Below are positions 1-6,566 of a DNA stretch of 7,901 bases, piece by piece (positions within the stretch are counted from its first letter, which is position 1; each line of letters opens with the position of its first letter). Position numbers and translations under genes: made by a program. The notes under the pieces are model-generated. The model worked only from the letters and a program-made list of their open reading frames with translations, did no database searches and was not told the DNA's origin. The DNA lies in IMG/VR virus record IMGVR_UViG_2740892258_000002; one strand, given 5' to 3'. The stretch is from a virus (Duplodnaviria > Heunggongvirae > Uroviricota > Caudoviricetes).

Positions 1-1
1 T

Positions 2-1066
2 CAGCAGAAGCCGGTCTGGGCACTGTGCAATGACACGGCCTGTTCTGCAGCCATGCTGCTGGCGTCGGCCTGCTCCCGACGGCTGGTTACCCAGACATCC
101 CGTATCGGCTCCATTGGCGTGATGATGAGCCATGTCAGCTATGCCGGTCATCTGGCGCAGGCCGGTGTGGATATCACGCTGATTTACTCAGGGGCGCACA
201 AGGTGGATGGCAATCAGTTTGAAGCGTTGCCGGCAGAGGTTCGCCAGGACATGCAGCAGCGGATTGATGCGGCGCGCCGGATGTTTGCCGAAAAAGTGGC
301 GATGTTTACCGGTCTGTCTGTTGATGCAGTCACGGGAACAGAGGCCGCTGTTTTTGAAGGTCAGTCCGGCATTGAGGCCGGGCTGGCGGATGAATTAATC
401 AATGCGTCGGATGCCATCAGTGTGATGGCCACGGCGCTGAACAGTAATGTCAGAGGAGGCACTATGCCGCAATTAACTGCAACGGAAGCCGCCGCGCAGG
501 AGAACCAGCGAGTGATGGGGATCCTGACATGCCAGGAAGCGAAAGGACGTGAACAGCTTGCCACGATGCTGGCAGGACAACAGGGCATGAGCGTTGAACA
601 GGCCCGGGCGATTCTGGCCGCGGCGGCACCGCAGCAGCCGGTGGCATCCGCGCAGAGTGAAGCCGATCGCATTATGGCGTGTGAAGAAGCGAACGGTCGT
701 GAACAACTGGCGGCAACGCTGGCGGCGATGCCGGAGATGACGGTGGAAAAAGCCCGCCCGATCCTGGCGGCTGCACCACTGGCGGATGCCGGGCCCTCGC
801 TTCGTGATCAGATCATGGCCCTGGATGAGGCAAAAGGGGCAGAAGCGCAGGCTGAAAAACTGGCGGCCTGCCCGGGAATGACCGTGGAGAACGCCCGGGC
901 TGTGCTGGCTGCGGGATCAGGTAAGGCCGAACCGGTCTCTGCATCCACAACCGCCCTGTTTGAACATTTCATGGCGAATCATTCACCGGCAGCGGTGCGG
1001 GGTGGCGTGTCACAGACGTCAGCAGACGGTGATGCGGACGTGAAAATGCTCATGGCCATGCCATGA
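2..1066 (+). CDS. C: Head maturation protease / scaffold (lambda C/Nu3-like), 5'-partial; the frame is open from the window edge
   Basis: Frame 2 has no stop from position 2 to the TGA at 1064-1066. The N-terminal part (KPVWALCNDTACSAAMLLASACSRRLVTQTSRIGSIGVMMSH...GLADELINASDAI) resembles the C-terminal half of S49/ClpP-like prohead proteases such as lambda gpC (match from memory). It sits immediately upstream of the D/FI/FII/Z/U/V synteny. Confidence 0.85.
   Translation, partial: QQKPVWALCNDTACSAAMLLASACSRRLVTQTSRIGSIGVMMSHVSYAGHLAQAGVDITLIYSGAHKVDGNQFEALPAEVRQDMQQRIDAARRMFAEKVAMFTGLSVDAVTGTEAAVFEGQSGIEAGLADELINASDAISVMATALNSNVRGGTMPQLTATEAAAQENQRVMGILTCQEAKGREQLATMLAGQQGMSVEQARAILAAAAPQQPVASAQSEADRIMACEEANGREQLAATLAAMPEMTVEKARPILAAAPLADAGPSLRDQIMALDEAKGAEAQAEKLAACPGMTVENARAVLAAGSGKAEPVSASTTALFEHFMANHSPAAVRGGVSQTSADGDADVKMLMAMP
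464..1066 (+). CDS. Possible nested in-frame scaffold protein (Nu3-like) from an internal start
   Basis: In-frame ATG at 464 lies 5-6 nt downstream of a strong Shine-Dalgarno GAGGAGG (453-459). The downstream portion is Ala/Glu/Gln-rich and low-complexity, as expected for a scaffold. In lambda, Nu3 is the in-frame C-terminal product of the C reading frame (established knowledge). Confidence 0.45.
   Translation: MPQLTATEAAAQENQRVMGILTCQEAKGREQLATMLAGQQGMSVEQARAILAAAAPQQPVASAQSEADRIMACEEANGREQLAATLAAMPEMTVEKARPILAAAPLADAGPSLRDQIMALDEAKGAEAQAEKLAACPGMTVENARAVLAAGSGKAEPVSASTTALFEHFMANHSPAAVRGGVSQTSADGDADVKMLMAMP
512..916 (+). repeat. Three tandem in-frame copies of a roughly 47-52 aa scaffold motif inside the C/Nu3 ORF
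   Basis: Translated units begin near 512, 668 and 809: RVMGILTCQEAKGREQLATMLAGQQGMSVEQARAILAAAAP / RIMACEEANGREQLAATLAAMPEMTVEKARPILAAAP / QIMALDEAKGAEAQAEKLAACPGMTVENARAVLAAG. Conserved core is (I/V)M-x-[CL]-[QED]-EA-[KN]-G-x-E ... GM-x-VE-x-AR-x-[IV]-LAA, with spacing of about 156 and 141 nt. Confidence 0.7.
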
Positions 1067-1102
1067 AGTCAGTGCTGACCATCAATAGGAGGTTTTTACA
1101 AT

Positions 1103-1210
1103 ATGGTGACGAAAACCATCACTGAACAGCGTGCGGAAGTACGTATTTTTGCCGGTAATGATCCGGCTCATACCGCCACAGGCAGCAGCGGGATTTCACA
1201 GGTGAAATAA
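1103..1210 (+). pseudogene. D: Truncated head decoration gene (lambda D-like N-terminal remnant, 35 codons)
   Basis: RBS TAGGAGG (1086-1092) then ATG at 1103. Translation MVTKTITEQRAEVRIFAGNDPAHTATGSSGISQVK* carries the GN-DPAHTAT motif that I recall near the N-terminus of lambda gpD (110 aa), but stops after 35 codons. Only 196 nt separate the protease stop from the FI start, so a full D and E cannot fit. Confidence 0.55.
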
Positions 1211-1218
1211 TCCGTGAG

Positions 1219-1247
1219 CGGGGGCGAAATGCCCCCGTGTCTTTTTT
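1219..1247 (+). terminator. GC-rich hairpin followed by a T-run (intrinsic-terminator-like or RNA-stabilising stem-loop)
   Basis: Stem CGGGGGC (1219-1225) pairs with GCCCCCG (1231-1237) across loop GAAAT, followed by TGTCTTTTTT (T-run 1242-1247). It lies between the D remnant and the FI RBS. Confidence 0.5.
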
Positions 1248-1261
1248 CACAGGAGGCTGAG

Positions 1262-1645
1262 ATGGCAACAAAAGAAGAAAATCTGAATCGTCTTCGTCAA
1301 CTGGCTGACCTGCTGGGGCGCGAGGCGGATATGTCGGGGAGTGCTGCGGATATTGCTCAACGTGTGTCTGAGTGGGAAGAGGAGCTTGCTGTTTCCCCGG
1401 AGGGCATTATGCACTCTGATGAGAGCGGGGCTGATCAAAATCACACAGACGATGGTGAGCAGTTGAACAACACGGATGCTCCGGATGATGTTAAAGCCGT
1501 CCGGGTACGGAAGTGCCTGCAAGTAATGGGGTATTGCCCGGAGACAGGTCGTCCCGTTGAGCTGGCGTTACGGGGTATGCGTGTTCTGGTGCCATCATCA
1601 CTGGCAACGGCCATGATACAGCACGGAACGGCTGAATATGCGTGA
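1262..1645 (+). CDS. FI: FI-like DNA-packaging / head assembly protein
   Basis: RBS AGGAGG (1251-1256) then ATG at 1262; this is preferred over the ORF-track start at 1214, which would begin inside the hairpin. Acidic N-terminal half and position directly upstream of FII fit lambda FI. The stop overlaps the FII start by 8 nt (ATGCGTGA). Confidence 0.75.
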   Translation: MATKEENLNRLRQLADLLGREADMSGSAADIAQRVSEWEEELAVSPEGIMHSDESGADQNHTDDGEQLNNTDAPDDVKAVRVRKCLQVMGYCPETGRPVELALRGMRVLVPSSLATAMIQHGTAEYA

Positions 1646-1991
1646 TTTTCAGAATGCCTTTGATGCTGCCCTCGCCGGGGTAGACAGTACGATCGTTGAA
1701 GTGATGGGGCTCTGTGCGCAGTTCACCTCGGGGGCACAGTGTGGCAGCGAAGTTCAGGGGGTTTTTGATGATCCGGAGTCGCTGGGGTTTGCCGGTGGCG
1801 GGGTCCGTATTGAAGGAAGCAGCCCGTCATTATTTGTGCGGACGGATACGGTTCGTGCCGTGCGGCGTGGTGACACGCTGACCATTAATGGTGAGATATT
1901 CTGGGTGGATCGTGTTTCTCCGGATGACGGGGGCAGCTGTTATCTCTGGCTCAACCGTGGTCAACCACCCGCAGTTAACCGGCGACGATAA
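1638..1991 (+). CDS. FII: FII-like head-tail joining protein (117 aa)
   Basis: 117 aa, the same length as lambda gpFII. Motifs GVFDDPE, EGSSPSLFVRTD, RRGDTLTI, FWVDRVSPDDGGSC and PPAVNRRR match my recollection of gpFII. Translationally coupled to FI. Confidence 0.85.
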   Translation: MRDFQNAFDAALAGVDSTIVEVMGLCAQFTSGAQCGSEVQGVFDDPESLGFAGGGVRIEGSSPSLFVRTDTVRAVRRGDTLTINGEIFWVDRVSPDDGGSCYLWLNRGQPPAVNRRR

Positions 1992-2006
1992 ACGCAGGGT
2001 GAAATT

Positions 2007-2540
2007 ATGGCGATAAAAGGGCTTGATCAGGCGATTGACAATCTGAGCCGGGTTCGTAAAAACGCCATTCCGGCGGCTTCAGCAATGGCCATTAACCGCG
2101 TGGCCACAACGGCGATTAATCAGTCTTCATCACAGGTTGCCCGGGAGACAAAGGTTCGCCGGAAACTGGTTAAGGAACGGTCCAGACTGAAACGGGCGAC
2201 GGTCAGAAATCCGAATGCCAGAATTATCGTTAACCGCGGTGATCTCCCTGTGATTAAGCTGGGGATCAGGATGCTGGGGCGTCGCCCGAACAGCATACTT
2301 AAAGCCGGTCAGCATCGGTATCAGCGGGCATTTATTCAGAGATTAAAAAATGGTCGCTGGCATGTCATGCAGCGTGTGGCCGGGAAAAACCGTTACCCCA
2401 TTGATGTGGTGAAAATCCCGATGGCGGCCCCACTGAAACAGGCATTTGATGAGAATGTTGACCGTATCCGGCGTGAACGCCTGCCTAAAGAACTGGCATA
2501 CGCGCTGAAACAACAACTGAGGATTGCAATAAAACGATGA
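2007..2540 (+). CDS. Z: Z-like tail completion protein
   Basis: MAIKGLDQAIDNLSRV...QVARETKVRRKLVKERSRLKRATV...NGRWHVMQRVAGKNRYPIDVVKIPMA...RIRRERLPKEL matches recalled lambda gpZ. RBS AGGGTGA lies upstream. Stop overlaps the U start (ATGA at 2537-2540). Confidence 0.85.
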   Translation: MAIKGLDQAIDNLSRVRKNAIPAASAMAINRVATTAINQSSSQVARETKVRRKLVKERSRLKRATVRNPNARIIVNRGDLPVIKLGIRMLGRRPNSILKAGQHRYQRAFIQRLKNGRWHVMQRVAGKNRYPIDVVKIPMAAPLKQAFDENVDRIRRERLPKELAYALKQQLRIAIKR

Positions 2541-2932
2541 AACACACTGACATTCGTGCCGCAGTGCTGGATGCACTCGAGCAGCATGAACACGGGGCGA
2601 CGCTGTTTGATGGTCGCCCCGTTGTTTTTGACGAAGAGGATTTTCCTGCGATCGCGGTTTATCTGACGGATGCAGAGTATACCGGTGAAGAGCTGGATGC
2701 AGATACCTGGCGGGCCACGCTGCATATTGAGGTGTTTTTACCGGCACAGGTACCGGATTCAGAGCTTGATCAGTGGATGGAAAGCCGGATTTACCCGGCG
2801 ATGACCGCGATCCCGGCACTGGCAGGACTGATTACCACGATGGTTACGCAGGGCTATGAGTATCGTCGTGATGACGATATGGCGTTATGGAGTTCTGCAG
2901 ATCTGACTTATTCCATTACATACGAGATGTGA
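2537..2932 (+). CDS. U: U-like tail terminator protein (131 aa)
   Basis: 131 aa, as for lambda gp[18 protein letters not shown]...[17 protein letters not shown]...YRRDDD...[14 protein letters not shown] matches recalled gpU at roughly 80% identity. Confidence 0.9.
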   Translation: MKHTDIRAAVLDALEQHEHGATLFDGRPVVFDEEDFPAIAVYLTDAEYTGEELDADTWRATLHIEVFLPAQVPDSELDQWMESRIYPAMTAIPALAGLITTMVTQGYEYRRDDDMALWSSADLTYSITYEM

Positions 2933-2939
2933 GGACGAT

Positions 2940-3692
2940 ATGGCAACACCAAATCCCCTTGAGCCGGTAAAAGGTGCCGGTACCACTCTGTGGGTTTACA
3001 ACGGCAAGGGTGATGCTTATGCAAACCCGTTGTCAGACGATGACTGGCAGCGACTGGCTAAGGTGAAGGATCTGACGCCGGGCGAGATGACGGCAGAATC
3101 CTACGATGATAACTACCTGGATGATGAAGACGCGGACTGGACCGCGACCGGGCAGGGGCAGAAATCTGCAGGTGATACCAGTTTTACGCTGGCCTGGAAA
3201 CCGGGAGAGGAAGGCCAGAAAGGGCTTATAGGCTGGTTTGAAAGCGGCGATGTCCGGGCCTATAAAATCCGTTTTCCGAATGGCACGGTGGATGTGTTTC
3301 GTGGCTGGGTCAGCAGTATCGGTAAGGCCGTGACGGCGAAAGAAGTGATCACCCGCACGGTGAAAGTCACTAACGTGGGTAAACCTTCTGTAGCGGAAGA
3401 ACGCAGCAAAATTACGCCGGTCAGTGCGATTAAGGTGACGCCGACATCCGGTACGGTGGCAAAAGGGAAAACAACCACCCTGACGGTTTCTTTTGAGCCG
3501 GAAAGTGCAACCGACAAGACGTTCAGAGCGGTTTCCGCCGATCCGTCGAAAGCCACCATTAGTGTGAAAGATATGACAATTACGGTAAACGGCGTGGCGA
3601 CAGGTAAGGTGCAGATCCCTGTGGTGAGCGGAAATGGTCAGTTCGCCGCAGTGGCTGAAGTCACCGTTACTGAAGCGGGCGCTGCAGGGTAA
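2940..3692 (+). CDS. V: Major tail tube protein V, copy 1 (250 aa) with C-terminal Ig-like (Big_2-type) domain
   Basis: RBS GAGGACGAT then [15 protein letters not shown]...[55 protein letters not shown]...[41 protein letters not shown] matches lambda gpV. The C-terminal region shows the TLTV...FRAVSAD...ATGKV pattern typical of Big_2 domains. Confidence 0.9.
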   Translation: MATPNPLEPVKGAGTTLWVYNGKGDAYANPLSDDDWQRLAKVKDLTPGEMTAESYDDNYLDDEDADWTATGQGQKSAGDTSFTLAWKPGEEGQKGLIGWFESGDVRAYKIRFPNGTVDVFRGWVSSIGKAVTAKEVITRTVKVTNVGKPSVAEERSKITPVSAIKVTPTSGTVAKGKTTTLTVSFEPESATDKTFRAVSADPSKATISVKDMTITVNGVATGKVQIPVVSGNGQFAAVAEVTVTEAGAAG

Positions 3693-3705
3693 ACGGAGGT
3701 AATAC

Positions 3706-4137
3706 ATGTTTCTGAAAACAGAACAATTTGAATATAACGGTGTGTCTGTCACGCTTTCCGAATTGTCTGCGCTGCAGCGTATCGAGCATCTTGCCCTCCT
3801 GAAACGGCGTGCAGAACAGGCAGAATCCTGCGGCAACCTGCAGGTAAGCGTGGAAGATCTCGTCAGAACCGGCGCGTTTCTGGTGGCGATGTCCCTGTGG
3901 CATAACCATCCACAGAAAACGCAGTCACCGTCAATGAATGAGGCCGTGATGAAGATAGAGCAGGAAGTGCTCACCACCTGGCCTGCCGATGCCATTGCCC
4001 GGGCGGAAGACGTGGTGTTGTGCCTGTCCGGGATGATCGAAGCTGTTCGTCCGGATACTGATATTACTGAAGTGGCGAAAAATAACACGCTGACTGATGA
4101 TGATTTTTCTGCGGGAAAGTCTTCGACGGCGAGCTGA
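3706..4137 (+). CDS. G: Tail assembly chaperone G, copy 1 (143 aa)
   Basis: RBS GGAGG then ATG at 3706. MFLKTEQFEYNGVSVTLSELSALQRIEHL...TGAFLVAMSLWHNHPQKT...MNEAV.KIEQEVLTTWP matches lambda gpG. Ends at TGA 4135-4137, 16 nt after the slippery site. Confidence 0.85.
   Translation: MFLKTEQFEYNGVSVTLSELSALQRIEHLALLKRRAEQAESCGNLQVSVEDLVRTGAFLVAMSLWHNHPQKTQSPSMNEAVMKIEQEVLTTWPADAIARAEDVVLCLSGMIEAVRPDTDITEVAKNNTLTDDDFSAGKSSTAS
4113..4119 (+). promoter_or_regulatory. Programmed -1 ribosomal frameshift slippery heptamer G GGA AAG (G to GT), copy 1
   Basis: GGGAAAG at 4113-4119 with GGA and AAG in the G zero frame (codon phase matches the 3706 start). The -1 frame is open from 4119 into the T ORF (VFDGELNFALRLAREMGRPDW...). 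This is the same heptamer and position as the classical lambda G/GT frameshift. Confidence 0.75.
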
Positions 4138-4577
4138 ACTTTGCCCTCAGACTGGCGCGTGAGATGGGGAGACCCGACTGGCGCGCCATGCTTGCCGGGA
4201 TGACATCCACCGAATATGCCGACTGGCACCGTTTTTACCGCACGCATTATTTTCAGGATACCCAGCTGGATATGCATTTTTCCGGGCTGACGTACGCTGT
4301 ACTCAGCCTGTTTTTTTGCGATCCGGATATGCATCCCTCTGATTTCAGTCTGCTTGTCCCCCGGCATGAGGAAGAGCAGGTGGAGAGGCCGGATGAGGAC
4401 AAAATGCTGATGCAGAAAGCGGCAGGACTTGCCGGAGGCGTCCGGTTCGGTGGGGACGGAGGGCGCGATATTTTATCGTCTGCGGATGTGGCGGATGTCA
4501 TGGTGGATGATGCCGCATTAATGATGGCTTCAGCGGGGATTCCGGGAGGTGTGAGATATGTCCCAGCCGGTTGGTGA
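4119..4577 (+). CDS. T: T-frame portion of the GT tail assembly chaperone fusion, copy 1 (expressed only by -1 frameshift from G, not from its own start)
   Basis: The -1 frame is continuous from the slippery site to TGA at 4575-4577. Conserved T motifs are present: GRPDWRAMLAGM.STEYADWHRFY.THYF, HFSGLTY.VLSLFF.DPDMHP, LMQKAAGLAGGVRFG. No RBS precedes the ATG at 4164. Confidence 0.75.
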   Translation, partial: VFDGELNFALRLAREMGRPDWRAMLAGMTSTEYADWHRFYRTHYFQDTQLDMHFSGLTYAVLSLFFCDPDMHPSDFSLLVPRHEEEQVERPDEDKMLMQKAAGLAGGVRFGGDGGRDILSSADVADVMVDDAALMMASAGIPGGVRYVPAGW

Positions 4578-4938
4578 TCTTGTTATTGACCTGAGTCTGG
4601 ATGCTGTCCGTTTCGATGAGCAGATGAGCCGGGTAAGGCGTCATTTTTCAGGTCTGGATACCGACGCCAGAAAAACCGCCAGTGCTGTTGAACAGGGCCT
4701 GAGCCGCCAGGCGCTGGCTGCACAAAAAGCCGGGATTTCCGTCGGGCAGTATAAAGCGGCCATGCGAACCCTGCCCGCACAGTTTACGGATATCGCCACG
4801 CAGCTTGCCGGTGGTCAGAATCCCTGGTTGATCCTGCTGCAACAGGGCGGTCAGGTGAAGGACTCCTTCGGCGGGATGATCCCCATGTTCAGGGGGCTTG
4901 CCGGTGCGATCACGGCCTGTGGAGTTCAGCCGATCTGA
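4558..4938 (+). pseudogene. H: Tape measure protein H, copy 1, truncated after 119 codons at a rearrangement junction
   Basis: The N-terminus (M.QPVGDLVIDLSLDAVRFDEQM.RVRRHFSG...QALAAQKAGISVGQYKAAMR.LPAQFTD.ATQLAGGQ.PWLILLQQGGQVKDSFGGMIPMFRGLAGAIT) is collinear with copy 2 through nt 4913. The frame then runs into unrelated sequence (ACGVQPI) and stops at 4938. Lambda H is about 853 aa. Confidence 0.8.
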
Positions 4939-4964
4939 CTTATGTCATTACCTATGAAATGTGA
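4914..4964 (+). pseudogene. U: Relic of the last 16 codons plus stop of a second U gene ([16 protein letters not shown])
   Basis: Nucleotides 4914-4964 align with 2881-2932, the 3' end of U copy 1, and translate in the U frame to [16 protein letters not shown]. The same spacer and RBS (TGAGGACGCTATG) precede V copy 2 as precede V copy 1. Confidence 0.65.
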
Positions 4965-4971
4965 GGACGCT

Positions 4972-5712
4972 ATGCCTGTACCAAATCCTGTAATGCCGGT
5001 GAAAGGTGCCGGGACCACCCTGTGGGTTTATAAGGGGAGCGGTGACCCTTATGCGAACCCGCTTTCAGACGTTGACTGGTCGCGTCTGGCAAAAGTTAAA
5101 GACCTGACGCCCGGCGAACTGACCGCTGAGTCCTATGACGACAGCTATCTCGATGATGAAGATGCAGACTGGACTGCGACCGGGCAGGGGCAGAAATCTG
5201 CCGGAGATACCAGCTTCACGCTGGCGTGGATGCCCGGAGAGCAGGGGCAGCAGGCGCTGCTGGCGTGGTTTAATGAAGGTGATACCCGTGCCTATAAAAT
5301 CCGCTTCCCGAACGGCACGGTCGATGTGTTCCGTGGCTGGGTCAGCAGTATCGGTAAGGCGGTGACGGCGAAGGAAGCGATTACCCGCACGGTGAAGGTC
5401 ACCAATGTGGGACGTCCGTCGATGGCAGAAGATCGCAGCACGGTGACGGCGACGACCGGCATGACGGTGACACCCGCCAGTGCTTCCGTAGTGAAAGGGC
5501 AGAGCACCACGCTGACCGTGGCATTCCAGCCGGATGGCGCAACCGACAAGAGCTTCCGTGCGGTGTCTGCGGATAAAACAAAAGCCACCGTGTCGGTCAG
5601 TGGTATGACCATCACCGTGAAAGGTGTTGCTGCAGGCAAGGTCAACATTCCGGTCGTATCCGGTAATGGTGAGTTTGCTGCGGTTGCAGAAATCAACGTC
5701 ACCGCCAGTTAA
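4972..5712 (+). CDS. V: Major tail tube protein V, copy 2 (246 aa), lambda-type
   Basis: RBS GAGGACGCT then ATG at 4972. The ORF-track start at 4942 would read through the U relic and is rejected. [135 protein letters not shown] matches my recollection of lambda gpV almost residue for residue, and 246 aa is the lambda gpV length. Confidence 0.9.
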   Translation: MPVPNPVMPVKGAGTTLWVYKGSGDPYANPLSDVDWSRLAKVKDLTPGELTAESYDDSYLDDEDADWTATGQGQKSAGDTSFTLAWMPGEQGQQALLAWFNEGDTRAYKIRFPNGTVDVFRGWVSSIGKAVTAKEAITRTVKVTNVGRPSMAEDRSTVTATTGMTVTPASASVVKGQSTTLTVAFQPDGATDKSFRAVSADKTKATVSVSGMTITVKGVAAGKVNIPVVSGNGEFAAVAEINVTAS

Positions 5713-5727
5713 TCCGGAGAGTCAGCG

Positions 5728-6150
5728 ATGTTCCTGAAAACCGAATCATTTGAACATAACGGTGTGACCGTCACGCTTTCTGAACTGTCAGCCCTGCAGC
5801 GTATTGAGCATCTCGACCTGATGAAACGGCAGGCAGAACAGGCGGAGTCAGACAGCAACCGGAAGTTTACTGTGGAAGACGCCATCAGAACCGGCGCGTT
5901 TCTGGTGGCGATGTCCCTGTGGCATAACCATCCGAAGAAGACAAAGCTGCCTTCCATGAATGAAGCCGTTAAACAGATTGAGCAGGAAGTGCTTACCACC
6001 TGGCCCACGGAGGCAATTGCTCAGGCTGAAAACGTGGTGTACCGGCTGTCCGGTATGTATGAGTTTGTGGTGAATGATGCTCCTGAACAGGCAGAGGACG
6101 CCGGGCCTGCAGAGCCTGTTTCTGCGGGAAAGTGTTCGATGGTGAGCTGA
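5728..6150 (+). CDS. G: Tail assembly chaperone G, copy 2 (140 aa), lambda-type
   Basis: MFLKTESFEHNGVTVTLSELSALQRIEHLDLMKRQAEQAESDSNRKFTVEDAIRTGAFLVAMSLWHNHP...SAGKCSMVS; 140 aa as for lambda gpG. Paralogous to 3706-4137 at an estimated 75% amino-acid identity. Confidence 0.9.
   Translation: MFLKTESFEHNGVTVTLSELSALQRIEHLDLMKRQAEQAESDSNRKFTVEDAIRTGAFLVAMSLWHNHPKKTKLPSMNEAVKQIEQEVLTTWPTEAIAQAENVVYRLSGMYEFVVNDAPEQAEDAGPAEPVSAGKCSMVS
6126..6132 (+). promoter_or_regulatory. Programmed -1 ribosomal frameshift slippery heptamer G GGA AAG (G to GT), copy 2
   Basis: GGGAAAG at 6126-6132 in the correct phase relative to the G copy 2 start at 5728. The -1 frame is open from 6132 to TGA at 6564-6566. 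Confidence 0.8.
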
Positions 6151-6566
6151 GTTTTGCCCTGAAACTGGCGCGTGAGATGGGGCGACCCGACTGGCGTGCC
6201 ATGCTTGCCGGGATGTCATCCACGGAGTATGCCGACTGGCACCGCTTTTACAGTACCCATTATTTTCATGATGTTCTGCTGGATATGCACTTTTCCGGGC
6301 TGACGTACACCGTGCTCAGCCTGTTTTTCAGCGATCCGGATATGCATCCGCTGGATTTCAGTCTGCTGAACCGGCGCGAGGCTGACGAAGAGCCTGAAGA
6401 TGATGTGCTGATGCAGAAAGCGGCAGGGCTTGCCGGAGGTGTCCGCTTTGGCCCGGACGGGAATGAAGTTATCCCCGCTTCCCCGGATGTGGCGGACATG
6501 ACGGAGGATGACGTAATGCTGATGACAGTATCAGAAGGGATCGCAGGAGGAGTCCGGTATGGCTGA
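6132..6566 (+). CDS. T: T-frame portion of the GT tail assembly chaperone fusion, copy 2 (via -1 frameshift)
   Basis: VFDGELSFALKLAREMGRPDWRAMLAGMSSTEYADWHRFYSTHYFHDVLLDMHFSGLTYTVLSLFFSDPDMHP...LMQKAAGLAGGVRFG...GGVRYG matches my recollection of the lambda gpT segment. There is no independent RBS; the GTG at 6132 is not a real start. Confidence 0.8.
   Translation: MFDGELSFALKLAREMGRPDWRAMLAGMSSTEYADWHRFYSTHYFHDVLLDMHFSGLTYTVLSLFFSDPDMHPLDFSLLNRREADEEPEDDVLMQKAAGLAGGVRFGPDGNEVIPASPDVADMTEDDVMLMTVSEGIAGGVRYG

Noticed and set aside
207-706. Small alternative-frame ORFs inside the protease/scaffold gene (207-398 on the + strand; 361-672, 462-647 and 473-706 on the minus strand)
   Set aside because: They are fully embedded in a longer, homology-supported reading frame and have no RBS or conserved features; they look like frame artefacts.
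1214-1261. ORF-track start of FI at 1214 (MSGGEMPPCLFSQEAE...)
   Set aside because: That start lies inside the GC hairpin and has no RBS. The ATG at 1262 has a canonical AGGAGG six nt upstream.
4164-4166. Independent ATG start for T copy 1 at 4164 (and a GTG start for T copy 2 at 6132)
   Set aside because: No Shine-Dalgarno sequence precedes it, and the -1 frame is open back to the GGGAAAG slippery site. Lambda-family T is expressed as a GT fusion by frameshifting.
3033-4367. Long 444-aa ORF on the minus strand spanning V, G and T of copy 1
   Set aside because: It is antisense to three + strand genes with clear lambda-family homology and proper RBS spacing. Its translation is Arg/Cys/His-rich low-complexity sequence typical of the reverse frame of GC-rich coding DNA, and it has no recognisable start context.
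4942-4971. ORF-track N-terminal extension of V copy 2 ([10 protein letters not shown]...) starting at 4942
   Set aside because: The extension runs through the U relic and stop region and lacks an RBS. The ATG at 4972 is preceded by GAGGACGCT with the same spacing as V copy 1 and gives the lambda-like N-terminus MPVPNP.
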